From assembly GCF_000022265.1 (NCBI RefSeq), contig NC_011979.1:1590001-1622000 (forward strand): a stretch of 32,000 nt of DNA. Direction: 5' to 3'. Origin of the DNA: Geotalea daltonii FRC-32. GTDB lineage: Bacteria; Desulfobacterota; Desulfuromonadia; Geobacterales; Geobacteraceae. Below the pieces are notes generated by a model. The model was not told where the DNA came from and did no database searches. It worked only from the letters and a program-made list of their open reading frames with translations. Made by a program: the position numbers and the translations under genes. Positions within the stretch are counted from its first letter, which is position 1, and the number at the start of each line of letters is the position of its first letter. Below are positions 1 through 7,500 of the stretch, one piece after another.

Positions 1-351
1 TACACCCTGGCGCCAAAATACTTGTCAGCATGCGATCTGGCTGTTTCCCCCAAAATTTCGCTCTCCGAGGCCAATGGCAAACTGTTCAATTACATGGCTT
101 GCGGGCTGCCGACCATTGTTTTTGATACCCCTGTGAATAGGGAGATACTTGGGGAAATCGGTGCTTATGCTGCCTACAGCGATGCGTCAGATTTGGCTGT
201 ACAAATAGCCATGCTTGCAACCAACACTCCCCTGATTGAGGAGTTGTCGGAAAAAAGCAGGGAAAAGGCAGTCCAGGAACATTCATGGCGGGCAAGGGGG
301 GAGACTCTTTTAGAATTGTATCACGGGCTATTGAAAAAGAGTAAAGCATAG
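1..351 (+). CDS. Glycosyltransferase, GT4/GT1 (GT-B fold), C-terminal fragment; start lies upstream of the window
   Basis: Frame is open from nt 1 to TAG 349-351. The tail ANGKLFNYMACGLPTIVFDTPVNREILGEIGAY is the typical donor-binding C-terminal segment of GT4 enzymes. Confidence 0.7.
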   Translation, partial: YTLAPKYLSACDLAVSPKISLSEANGKLFNYMACGLPTIVFDTPVNREILGEIGAYAAYSDASDLAVQIAMLATNTPLIEELSEKSREKAVQEHSWRARGETLLELYHGLLKKSKA

Positions 352-371
352 ATCACTGCTAATGGTGAAAC

Positions 372-407
372 AAAAAAGGGCAGCCACTTCAATGGCTGCC
401 CTTTTTT
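372..407. terminator. Bidirectional rho-independent terminator between convergent genes
   Basis: A6 (372-377), stem GGGCAGCCA (378-386), loop CTTCAA, stem TGGCTGCCC (393-401), T6 (402-407). The perfect 9-bp GC-rich stem with an A-run and a T-run can serve both the + gene ending at 351 and the - gene ending at 432. Confidence 0.75.
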
Positions 408-431
408 AGTCCTGCAATAAATAGTGATTAT

Positions 432-2369
432 TTATTTAATAGCAATGTTGTCTACAGTTAAAGTGCCCTGGGTAATGGTAAGGGTTCCAGTGATGGTGGA
501 GGGCGTTGGCCCTTGCGCCGTGAAAGTTTTGTCTGCGTTCCACCCGCCGCTCAATTTGAATGCTGCACCGCTGACATTAAGATTCGGACTTTCGGGGAAA
601 TCTGCCAGGGCAAGTTGTATATCAGTTGTCGGTGCTGTAACAGCGTTAAAGGCGCCTTGAATAGTGGGGTAAAAGGTGGTCCCCGGTGACAGCATGCGAA
701 CAACGTCATTAACTGGCGTATCGGAGAAGACGGCGGTGAAGTGAGTGTAGGTGGACATGGTAAATGTGCAGCTCGTTGTAGTAAGGCCATCGCAGAGAGC
801 ACCGTTGTTGATCAAAAGTCCGTTTTTATCTCTGTCCCCGACCCATTTGACAAAGTATTTACCAGTGTTGGGTGTTGCCAGGATTGTTACAGAGGCACCT
901 TCCTGAAACAGCACATTGCAGAGGCTGGGAGAAGTCGAGGCGCTGCAGTTTATGCCTGCAGGGGTGCTGGTGATCGCACCATTCGCTGTGACTGTATCTG
1001 CAGGCCTCGTGACTGAGACGTAGTCGAAGTCCTTGATGAAGGTAACATCGATCGATGGGTCGGAATTGACAGGGCTGAATGTATAGGTGGAGGTTGTTTG
1101 ATTGTAGTTGGTATCGGTCCTGAAATCGATAATATTGCCATTTATGGCGATGTTATTCACCCGGTAATATTGCTTTGGCGCAAGAACATACGCCGGCCTG
1201 TCGCCAGGGCTGACGATCTGGGTAAATGTATTTCCATTGGCTTCGCTGGTGATTTTGCTGCCATCGATTGAAGCGACGGTGCCGTTGGTGTCGGATGTGG
1301 CCGTAACGGTGTAGAGTTGGGGGCCGATAAAATTACCCAGAGCTTCGGGGGAGTTGAAAAAATCAGGATTTCCCGACGTATTGGGGAGGTTGGTGATTGC
1401 GTTGCTGTACAAATTGATGGATGAAAGGCTTCCCAGGCTGGTATTGCCTGGAGCGGCATCCGCTGTGTTATTTACCGCATACAAAGTTGTCCCATCAGGG
1501 GTTATGGCGAGGCCCATTGGCGAATATCCCAAGGGAAGCAGATATGGAGTGGTGACACTGTTGTCGGCTGTGTTGATGACCGAGATGCTGTCACCAAAGG
1601 TATTGGTGACATAAGCCTTGCTTCCGTCTGGTGCAACTGCGACCGTGTAAGGGAATGCTCCAACCGGGACGGGGGTAACGGCCCTTGTTACAGCATTGAT
1701 TATCGAAATGTTATCGGATCCTTGGTTGGCAACGAAAATCTTGACAGCGCTGCCGACAGTGCCCACCGCGATGCCGGTGGGCATAGAGCCGACCGTTATG
1801 GGGAGGCCGGAAACCTGGTTGGTTGCCGTATCGATTACCGAAACGGTATCTGAGCCGGAGTTGGCAACATAGACGAAGGTACCAGCCGGGTCCATGGCAA
1901 CACCGACAGGAGCATTGCCTACTGCTGGGGATGCCAGCACTGTCGGTGCAACGGTACCGGGAGTAAGTGCCGATATATCGAGAACGGTAAGGGAAGCGGC
2001 ATCATTGTTTGCAACATAAAGCCGCGTTCCCGCGGGATTGATCGCTATACCGCTGGGGGTGTTGGCAAGCGGGCTGATGGTAGTGATGACAGTTGGATTA
2101 TTTACATCGGTGAGTGCATCGATTACCGAGATGCTTTTGCTCAGTTTATTGGAGATATAGACACGCTTTCCATTAGCACTGACAGCCACGCCAAATGGGG
2201 ACTGGCCAGTGCCCAGCGATATTTTCGGGGTAAGATAATTGTTTCCATTGGTATCGACAACGGATACTGTGTTTTGACTGGGGTTGGGGATGTAGGCAAA
2301 TGGATATGCCGCGGCGTAACCCGCACACATCAGTATGCCTGCTAGGGCTGTAAAAAGTCTGAAATACAT
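432..2369 (-). CDS. Secreted YVTN-family beta-propeller repeat protein with C-terminal InlB-B-repeat-like beta-sandwich modules
   Basis: ORF 432..2444. Preferred start is ATG at 2369, preceded by GAGGAGGA and followed by a signal-peptide-like MYFRLFTALAGILMCAGYAAA. About seven ~40-aa repeats of the type (V/L)YV(A/T)N..(S/D).(V/I)SVID. The C-terminal part has Cys-pair modules (GINCSASTSPSLC, GALCDGLTTTSC). Confidence 0.8.
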   Translation of the reverse strand: MYFRLFTALAGILMCAGYAAAYPFAYIPNPSQNTVSVVDTNGNNYLTPKISLGTGQSPFGVAVSANGKRVYISNKLSKSISVIDALTDVNNPTVITTISPLANTPSGIAINPAGTRLYVANNDAASLTVLDISALTPGTVAPTVLASPAVGNAPVGVAMDPAGTFVYVANSGSDTVSVIDTATNQVSGLPITVGSMPTGIAVGTVGSAVKIFVANQGSDNISIINAVTRAVTPVPVGAFPYTVAVAPDGSKAYVTNTFGDSISVINTADNSVTTPYLLPLGYSPMGLAITPDGTTLYAVNNTADAAPGNTSLGSLSSINLYSNAITNLPNTSGNPDFFNSPEALGNFIGPQLYTVTATSDTNGTVASIDGSKITSEANGNTFTQIVSPGDRPAYVLAPKQYYRVNNIAINGNIIDFRTDTNYNQTTSTYTFSPVNSDPSIDVTFIKDFDYVSVTRPADTVTANGAITSTPAGINCSASTSPSLCNVLFQEGASVTILATPNTGKYFVKWVGDRDKNGLLINNGALCDGLTTTSCTFTMSTYTHFTAVFSDTPVNDVVRMLSPGTTFYPTIQGAFNAVTAPTTDIQLALADFPESPNLNVSGAAFKLSGGWNADKTFTAQGPTPSTITGTLTITQGTLTVDNIAIK

Positions 2370-2645
2370 GGTTTCCTCCTCGTCTGGTACGATATTTCTA
2401 TGGTAATTTTGTATGGAATTGTAAGCTAAAATTAGAGAGTTCAAGATGAAGTATGCAAACTTTAAACCAAAAAACTGAGAGTGACGGCGGGTTGAAAATT
2501 ATTAAATTCCTTTTTGCTTGGGCTGTTTTTATATATCATCTGTCACCGGGTTGCCAATAAACAACCACGAAGCCGGAAATTTTTAACTTTTTGTGTCTTA
2601 CCTTTTTCTGATAGGATTTAACCACATTCAAAGCAGGAGATTTGC

Positions 2646-3257
2646 ATGGGGGCAAACAGGCTGAATATCACCTGGCATGACAGGGTACTGACCAAGGGTG
2701 ACTATCTTAAACGCAATGGGCACCAGCCTTTGGTGTTGTGGTTTACCGGACTTTCAGGGTCAGGCAAATCAACGCTTGCCCATGCCGTTGAAGAAGAGCT
2801 GTTCAGGAAAGGCTGCTATACGTATATACTGGATGGCGACAATATACGCCACGGACTCAACAGCGACCTTGGATTTTCTGAGGCTGACCGGAGGGAGAAC
2901 ATCAGGCGTATCGGGGAAGTTGCCAAGCTTTTTGTTGATGCCGGCATTATAGTTCTGGCAGCATTTATTTCTCCTTACCGGGAAGACCGGGAGAGGGTTC
3001 GGGCACTTTTCGAACCTGCTGAATTTATCGAGGTATTTGTCAATTGCGACCTTGCTGTATGTGAAAGCCGCGATCCGAAAGGGCTTTATCGCAAGGCACG
3101 TTCAGGAGAGTTGAAGCAGTTCACCGGGATCGACAGCCCATATGAAGTGCCTTTTAGCCCCGAGCTGGTTGTCAATACTGCATGCAGTACGGTGAAAAGC
3201 GGTGTCCAGTCGGTGCTTGCATTCGTTAGGGACCGGGGACTGATAAACGGTGATTAG
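2646..3257 (+). CDS. cysC: Adenylylsulfate (APS) kinase
   Basis: AGGAG 6-7 nt upstream of the ATG. Canonical motifs [71 protein letters not shown]. The stop codon TAG (3255-3257) lies inside heptamer array A. Confidence 0.95.
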   Translation: MGANRLNITWHDRVLTKGDYLKRNGHQPLVLWFTGLSGSGKSTLAHAVEEELFRKGCYTYILDGDNIRHGLNSDLGFSEADRRENIRRIGEVAKLFVDAGIIVLAAFISPYREDRERVRALFEPAEFIEVFVNCDLAVCESRDPKGLYRKARSGELKQFTGIDSPYEVPFSPELVVNTACSTVKSGVQSVLAFVRDRGLINGD

Positions 3258-3353
3258 TGATTGGTGATTGGTGAACTCCGAACTTCGAACTTCGAACTTC
3301 GAACCTCGAACCTCGAACCTCGAACTTCGAACGTAAAACGTAGAACCTCGAAT
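3249..3353 (+). repeat. Heptanucleotide tandem array A (15 units in a single 7-nt phase)
   Basis: Read directly: GGTGATT AGTGATT GGTGATT GGTGAAC TCCGAAC TTCGAACx3 CTCGAACx3 TTCGAAC GTAAAAC GTAGAAC CTCGAAT. It starts in the last two codons of cysC and ends 19 nt before the cysD ATG. Confidence 0.95.
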
Positions 3354-3372
3354 TAGCTTACAGGGGTTGAAG

Positions 3373-4170
3373 ATGACGCATCTGGAAGAACTTGAAAATA
3401 AATCTATTTATATATTGCGCGAAGCATACAAGAATTTCGACAATCTCTGTATGCTCTGGTCCATTGGCAAGGATTCGACGGTGATGCTCTGGCTGGTGAG
3501 AAAGGCATTCTTCGGTCACTGTCCGATCCCGCTGGTGCACATCGATACCTCATATAAAATCAAGGAGATGATTGCCTATCGCGATCAATTGGCCGAGGAG
3601 TGGGGGCTGACCCTGGTGGTGGGGCAAAACAAGGATGCTCTGGAAAAAGGCATGAACCCTGCGCTGGGGCGTATGGAATGTTGCACTGCCTTGAAGACTG
3701 AGGGGCTACGACGCACCCTTGCCGATAAAAAATACAATGGAGTCATCGTCGGAGTACGTTCCGACGAAGAGGGTACCAGGGCAAAGGAGCGTTATTTTTC
3801 CCCCAGGGACAAGAACAACGACTGGGACTTCAGGGAGCAGCCCCCCGAGTTGTGGGACCAGTTCAAGACCCGCTTCGAGCCCGGAACCCATGTCCGTATC
3901 CACCCCCTCCTGGATTGGACCGAGATCAATATCTGGGAATATATAAAAAAGGAAAATATTCCGGTGATTCCACTGTATTTCGACCAGGGTAGCGGCAGTC
4001 GCTATCGCAGCCTTGGTTGTGCCCCCTGCACCGGCGCCATCCAGTCCACAGCGAAAACTGTCGATCAAATTATCGAAGAGCTGCGCAATACCAAGGTTGC
4101 AGAGCGTTCCGGGCGCGCCCAGGACGCCGATCGCGGCATGGAAAAATTGCGCAAGGATGGGTACATGTAG
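3373..4170 (+). CDS. cysD: Sulfate adenylyltransferase subunit 2 (PAPS reductase-fold ATP pyrophosphatase)
   Basis: [22 protein letters not shown]..., SIGKDS PP-loop motif, C-terminal [18 protein letters not shown], all typical of CysD. ATG 3373 is preferred over the TTG at 3367 given by the ORF track. Confidence 0.95.
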   Translation: MTHLEELENKSIYILREAYKNFDNLCMLWSIGKDSTVMLWLVRKAFFGHCPIPLVHIDTSYKIKEMIAYRDQLAEEWGLTLVVGQNKDALEKGMNPALGRMECCTALKTEGLRRTLADKKYNGVIVGVRSDEEGTRAKERYFSPRDKNNDWDFREQPPELWDQFKTRFEPGTHVRIHPLLDWTEINIWEYIKKENIPVIPLYFDQGSGSRYRSLGCAPCTGAIQSTAKTVDQIIEELRNTKVAERSGRAQDADRGMEKLRKDGYM

Positions 4171-4174
4171 AGGC

Positions 4175-4202
4175 GGTGATTGGTGATTGGTGATCGGTGG
4201 AA
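4175..4202 (+). repeat. Heptanucleotide array B (GGTGATT GGTGATT GGTGATC GGTGGAA)
   Basis: Starts 4 nt after the cysD stop with the junction AGGCGGTGATTGGTGATT and ends 2 nt before the ATG of the four-helix-bundle gene. Confidence 0.9.
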
Positions 4203-4204
4203 GT

Positions 4205-4585
4205 ATGTCTGGGGATCGGCCTAAAGCTAGAAGTCATAAAGACCTTCAGGTGTGGCAGCGAGCAATGTCTTTGGTGGTGTCCCTTTATGAATTGCTCAGG
4301 TCTTTTCCTGCCGATGAACGCTTCGGCTTGGTTGACCAGATCAAGCGTTCGGCTATCTCCATCCCTTCGAATATTGCTGAAGGGGCTGCACGACAGACCT
4401 CAAGAGAATACATTCAATTTCTGTATATCGCTGCCGAGTCAGCGGCAGAGCTTGACACGCAGCTTATACTTGCCCAGAGGCTTGGTTTTTCCACAGAGAT
4501 CGAAACTCAACTGGAAGAATTGCAGATTGTCCGCAAGCAGCTGAACGTAATGATCACAACACTGCGAGCAAACCATGAAAAGTGA
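4205..4585 (+). CDS. Four-helix-bundle protein (23S rRNA intervening-sequence protein family; Avd-like)
   Basis: [85 protein letters not shown] is the hallmark sequence of this family. ATG 4205 is preferred because the upstream extension (4187) only reads through the repeat. Confidence 0.9.
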   Translation: MSGDRPKARSHKDLQVWQRAMSLVVSLYELLRSFPADERFGLVDQIKRSAISIPSNIAEGAARQTSREYIQFLYIAAESAAELDTQLILAQRLGFSTEIETQLEELQIVRKQLNVMITTLRANHEK

Positions 4586-6434
4586 AAAATCACCAGGCAC
4601 CATTCACCAATCACCAACGTCCAATCACGAATCACGACGAATTACGAATCACCAATCACGAATCACCAATCACCAATTTTTACAAGTGGTTTTCGTCGGC
4701 CATGTGGACCATGGCAAATCTACCCTGCTCGGCCGCATTTACGCCGACACCGATTCCCTTCCCGTCGGCCAATTGGAAAAGGTACGGGCAATTTGCGAGC
4801 AGCAGGGAAAGACATTCGAATATGCCTTTCTTTTCGATGCCTTTCTTGAAGAGCAAGAGCAGGGAATCACCATTGACACTGCCCGCACATTTTTCAACTG
4901 GGGCAACAGGCACTACATAATCATCGATGCCCCAGGCCACAAAGAATTCCTCAAGAACATGATATCCGGTGCAGCAAGGGCGGAGGCCGCAGTTCTTATC
5001 ATCGATGCAGCCGAAGGGGTTGCGGAGCAGTCGAAACGTCACGGTTACATGCTGAGTTTGCTGGGGATCAGGCAGATAGCCGTAGTCGTAAACAAGATGG
5101 ATCTCGTAAATCATGATCAAAAAGTTTTTGAAGCAATAGTTACCGAATACTCAGCCTTCCTTAAAGAGCTCGGTGTCACACCGCGTCAATTCGTTCCTGC
5201 CAGCGCCAGAAACGGAGATAACGTGGTCACGGGCAGTGATGCCATGCCCTGGTATGACGGCCCTACCGTTTTGGAATCTCTCGGCCGTTTCGAAAAACTG
5301 CCCAGTGGAGAAGAATTGCCGTTGCGTTTTCCGGTGCAGGACGTCTATAAATTCGATGCCCGCCGGATCATTGCCGGCCGGGTCGCTGCAGGTATGTTGA
5401 AGGTCGGCGACAGTCTGGTCTTTTCCCCTTCCAACAAGACGGCGGTGATCAAAACCATCGAGGCTTTCAATGTTGCCCATCTGCCTCTTTCTGCCGGAGT
5501 CGGCAAATCTACCGGCTTCACTCTGGACGAACAGATTTTTGTCGAACGTGGCGAGGTAGCATCGCTGAAGGAATCCTTGCCGGAGGTAACCGACCTCTTC
5601 CGCGCCAATCTCTTCTGGATGGGCAAAAATCCCATGGTCGGCAATCGTCCCTATCTGCTTCGCCTGGCAACGAAGGAAGTGGAAATGGAGCTGGCCGAAA
5701 TCCATCGCATCATCGATGCCGGCAGCCTTGACCCGGTAATGGCCAGGGAGCAGATAGAAAAGAATGACGTCGCCGAAGTCACCATAAGAACTAAAAAGCC
5801 TCTGGCTCTGGATTGTTTTTGCGACTGCGACATCACCGGGCGTTTCGTCGTTGTGGATGGCTATGATGTTTGCGGTGGGGGCATCGTCACCCAGGTACTG
5901 GACAACGACCAGGAGACCTTTCGCCGGGAGGCCAGGCAGCGCGATATTGCCTGGCGCCGCGGAGAAGTGCAACTTGGCGAGCGGGTGCAACGGAACGGGC
6001 ACAACCCGGGCATCATCCTCTTTACGGGAGAAAGCGGCACCGGCAAGGCCCGCCTTGCACGTCATCTGGAGCGCCGGCTTTTCGATGGCGGGCGTCAGGT
6101 GTATCTCCTTGATGGGAAGAACCTGCTTCTCGGGCTTGGCTCCGACGTCACCGAACAAGACAAGGAGGAGATGGTCCGGCGGTTCGGCGAAGTTGCCCAG
6201 ATTCTGTTGCGAGCCGGGCAGATTGTGGTATCGACCACCAATACCTTTGCCCAGGCAGATCATCAGATCATCAGCACCCTTGTTTATCCCCACCAGGTAA
6301 TTTCCGTGCACATGTCCTTTGCCAGGGGGGCTGTACCGGAAAAAACCGATCTCCGCTTTCTCGAATCGGACGACCTGAAAAAGGCCGCCAAACAGATTGT
6401 GGAGAAGATGGAAGAGTTGGGGATCCTGCTGTAA
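4575..6434 (+). CDS. cysN: Sulfate adenylyltransferase subunit 1 (GTPase) fused to a degenerate APS-kinase-like C-terminal domain
   Basis: [15 protein letters not shown] (G1), DAPGH, NKMD motifs and EF-Tu-like domains II/III. The C-terminal ~150 aa resemble CysC but with altered motifs. Start is uncertain: ATG 4575 translates array C as a 35-aa extension, and the only alternative is GTG 4686, just 4 codons before GHVDHGKS. Confidence 0.9.
   Translation: MKSEKSPGTIHQSPTSNHESRRITNHQSRITNHQFLQVVFVGHVDHGKSTLLGRIYADTDSLPVGQLEKVRAICEQQGKTFEYAFLFDAFLEEQEQGITIDTARTFFNWGNRHYIIIDAPGHKEFLKNMISGAARAEAAVLIIDAAEGVAEQSKRHGYMLSLLGIRQIAVVVNKMDLVNHDQKVFEAIVTEYSAFLKELGVTPRQFVPASARNGDNVVTGSDAMPWYDGPTVLESLGRFEKLPSGEELPLRFPVQDVYKFDARRIIAGRVAAGMLKVGDSLVFSPSNKTAVIKTIEAFNVAHLPLSAGVGKSTGFTLDEQIFVERGEVASLKESLPEVTDLFRANLFWMGKNPMVGNRPYLLRLATKEVEMELAEIHRIIDAGSLDPVMAREQIEKNDVAEVTIRTKKPLALDCFCDCDITGRFVVVDGYDVCGGGIVTQVLDNDQETFRREARQRDIAWRRGEVQLGERVQRNGHNPGIILFTGESGTGKARLARHLERRLFDGGRQVYLLDGKNLLLGLGSDVTEQDKEEMVRRFGEVAQILLRAGQIVVSTTNTFAQADHQIISTLVYPHQVISVHMSFARGAVPEKTDLRFLESDDLKKAAKQIVEKMEELGILL
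4588..4674 (-). repeat. Heptanucleotide array C, reverse orientation (AATCACC-type, 12 units plus a 3-nt ACG insertion)
   Basis: AATCACC AGGCACC ATTCACC AATCACC AACGTCC AATCACG AATCACG [ACG] AATTACG AATCACC AATCACG AATCACC AATCACC. This is the reverse complement of the GGTGATT family and lies between the four-helix-bundle stop (4585) and the conserved CysN G-domain. Confidence 0.95.
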
Positions 6435-6438
6435 AGGC

Positions 6439-6589
6439 GGTGATTGGTGATACTTCGGTGATTGGTGATTGGTGAAGGGTGAAGGGTGAAGGGTGAAGGG
6501 TGAAGGGTGAAGGGTGAAGGGTGAAGGGTGAAGGGCACGACCTCGAACATGGAACATAGAACGTAGAACATAGAACATAGAACATAGAA
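6439..6589 (+). repeat. Heptanucleotide array D (composite)
   Basis: GGTGATT GGTGATA [CTTC] GGTGATT GGTGATT (GGTGAAG)x9 GGCACGA CCTCGAA CATGGAA CATAGAA CGTAGAA (CATAGAA)x3. The 19 units 6457-6589 share one phase. It begins 4 nt after the cysN TAA with AGGCGGTGATTGGTGAT and ends 19 nt before the wzm ATG. Confidence 0.95.
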
Positions 6590-6608
6590 CGGATTTTGCG
6601 GGGTAAAG

Positions 6609-7421
6609 ATGCAAGCATTAAGGATGTTCAGTAACTTCATTGCCGAATTGTGGTCGCGTCGGCACATGATCATCGAGCTGGCAAAACGGGATTTCAAAAC
6701 CAAGTACCTCGGCTCTTACCTGGGGATGCTCTGGGCTTTTGTTCACCCGACAGTGTATATAATTATTCTCTGGTTCGTTTTTCAGGTGGGCTTCAAGTCA
6801 CAGCCCCAGGCCAATTATCCGTTCGTCCTCTGGATGATGTGCGGCATCGTTCCCTGGTTCTTCTTCAGTGAATGCCTGCAGAGCGCTACCATGTCCATCA
6901 TCGACAACAGCTTTCTTCTTAAAAAGATGGCTTTCAGCATCGGCATGCTTCCCATCGTCAAAATTCTCTCCGCGCTGGTAATCCACTTTTTCTTTATCCT
7001 GGTCGTTTTCGTCATGATCCTTCTCTATGGGCTGCCGATTTCCCTTCACAGCCTGCAGGTTTTTTACTACCTGTTCGCCGCCATAACACTGCTCCTTGGC
7101 CTGTCCTGGCTTACATCCTCACTGGTGGTTTTCCTCAGGGATGTGGGGCAATTGGTTGCCATGGCTTTGCAGTTCGCCTTCTGGGTGACCCCCATCTTCT
7201 GGTCGGCAAAGATCCTCCCCGATAAGTACGCTAACCTGGTCAAGCTCAACCCTGTCTACTACCTGGTGGAAGGCTACCGGGAAAGCTTCATCTACAAGAC
7301 CTGGTTTTGGGAGAGCCACTATGTGCTGACCCTCTATTTTTGGGCTGTTACCGGCATTATTTTTGTGCTGGGTGCGGTCGTGTTCAGGAGGCTGCGGCCA
7401 CATTTCGCGGATGTTTTGTAG
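6609..7421 (+). CDS. wzm: ABC-2 type polysaccharide export permease
   Basis: N-terminal ELWSRRHMIIELAKRDFKTKYLGSYLGMLWAFVHP signature and six predicted hydrophobic helices, typical of Wzm/KpsM/TagG. Confidence 0.9.
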   Translation: MQALRMFSNFIAELWSRRHMIIELAKRDFKTKYLGSYLGMLWAFVHPTVYIIILWFVFQVGFKSQPQANYPFVLWMMCGIVPWFFFSECLQSATMSIIDNSFLLKKMAFSIGMLPIVKILSALVIHFFFILVVFVMILLYGLPISLHSLQVFYYLFAAITLLLGLSWLTSSLVVFLRDVGQLVAMALQFAFWVTPIFWSAKILPDKYANLVKLNPVYYLVEGYRESFIYKTWFWESHYVLTLYFWAVTGIIFVLGAVVFRRLRPHFADVL

Positions 7422-7423
7422 AC

Positions 7424-7497
7424 GGTGATTGGTGATTAGACGGTGATTGGTGATTGGTGATTGGTGATTGGTGGATGGTGGATGGTGGATGGTGGAG
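7424..7497 (+). repeat. Heptanucleotide array E
   Basis: GGTGATTx2 [AGAC] GGTGATTx4 GGTGGATx3 GGTGGAG. The first 36 nt, including the wzm TAG, form an 18-nt tandem duplication TAGACGGTGATTGGTGAT x2 (7419-7454). Confidence 0.95.
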
Positions 7498-7500
7498 CGC

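Noticed and set aside
2370-2444. In-frame upstream extensions proposed by the ORF track (2444 for the YVTN gene; also 4187, 21924, 23181 and 27587)
   Set aside because: In each case an internal ATG has a better Shine-Dalgarno sequence or a sensible N-terminus (signal peptide or conserved family start). The extension overlaps an upstream gene or merely reads through a repeat.
2445-2645. Divergent promoter region between the YVTN gene and cysC
   Set aside because: Several TTG-type hexamers are present, but none has an acceptable -10 at 16-18 nt spacing, so no promoter is called.
4588-4674. The encoded SPITNHQ heptad resembles eukaryotic RNA polymerase II CTD-type heptads
   Set aside because: A 7-nt DNA repeat necessarily yields a 7-aa repeat every 21 nt. 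The similarity is an arithmetic consequence, not evidence of homology.
5151-6614. 487-aa ORF on the minus strand, antisense to cysN
   Set aside because: It runs opposite a gene with unmistakable CysN motifs. Its translation is low-complexity, and its N-terminal part only reads through heptamer array D (HPSPFTLHPSPFT...). It is a typical shadow ORF in GC-rich coding DNA.
3249-7497. Could the short repeats be CRISPR arrays?
   Set aside because: Units are 7 nt, directly tandem with no spacers, and no cas genes are present.
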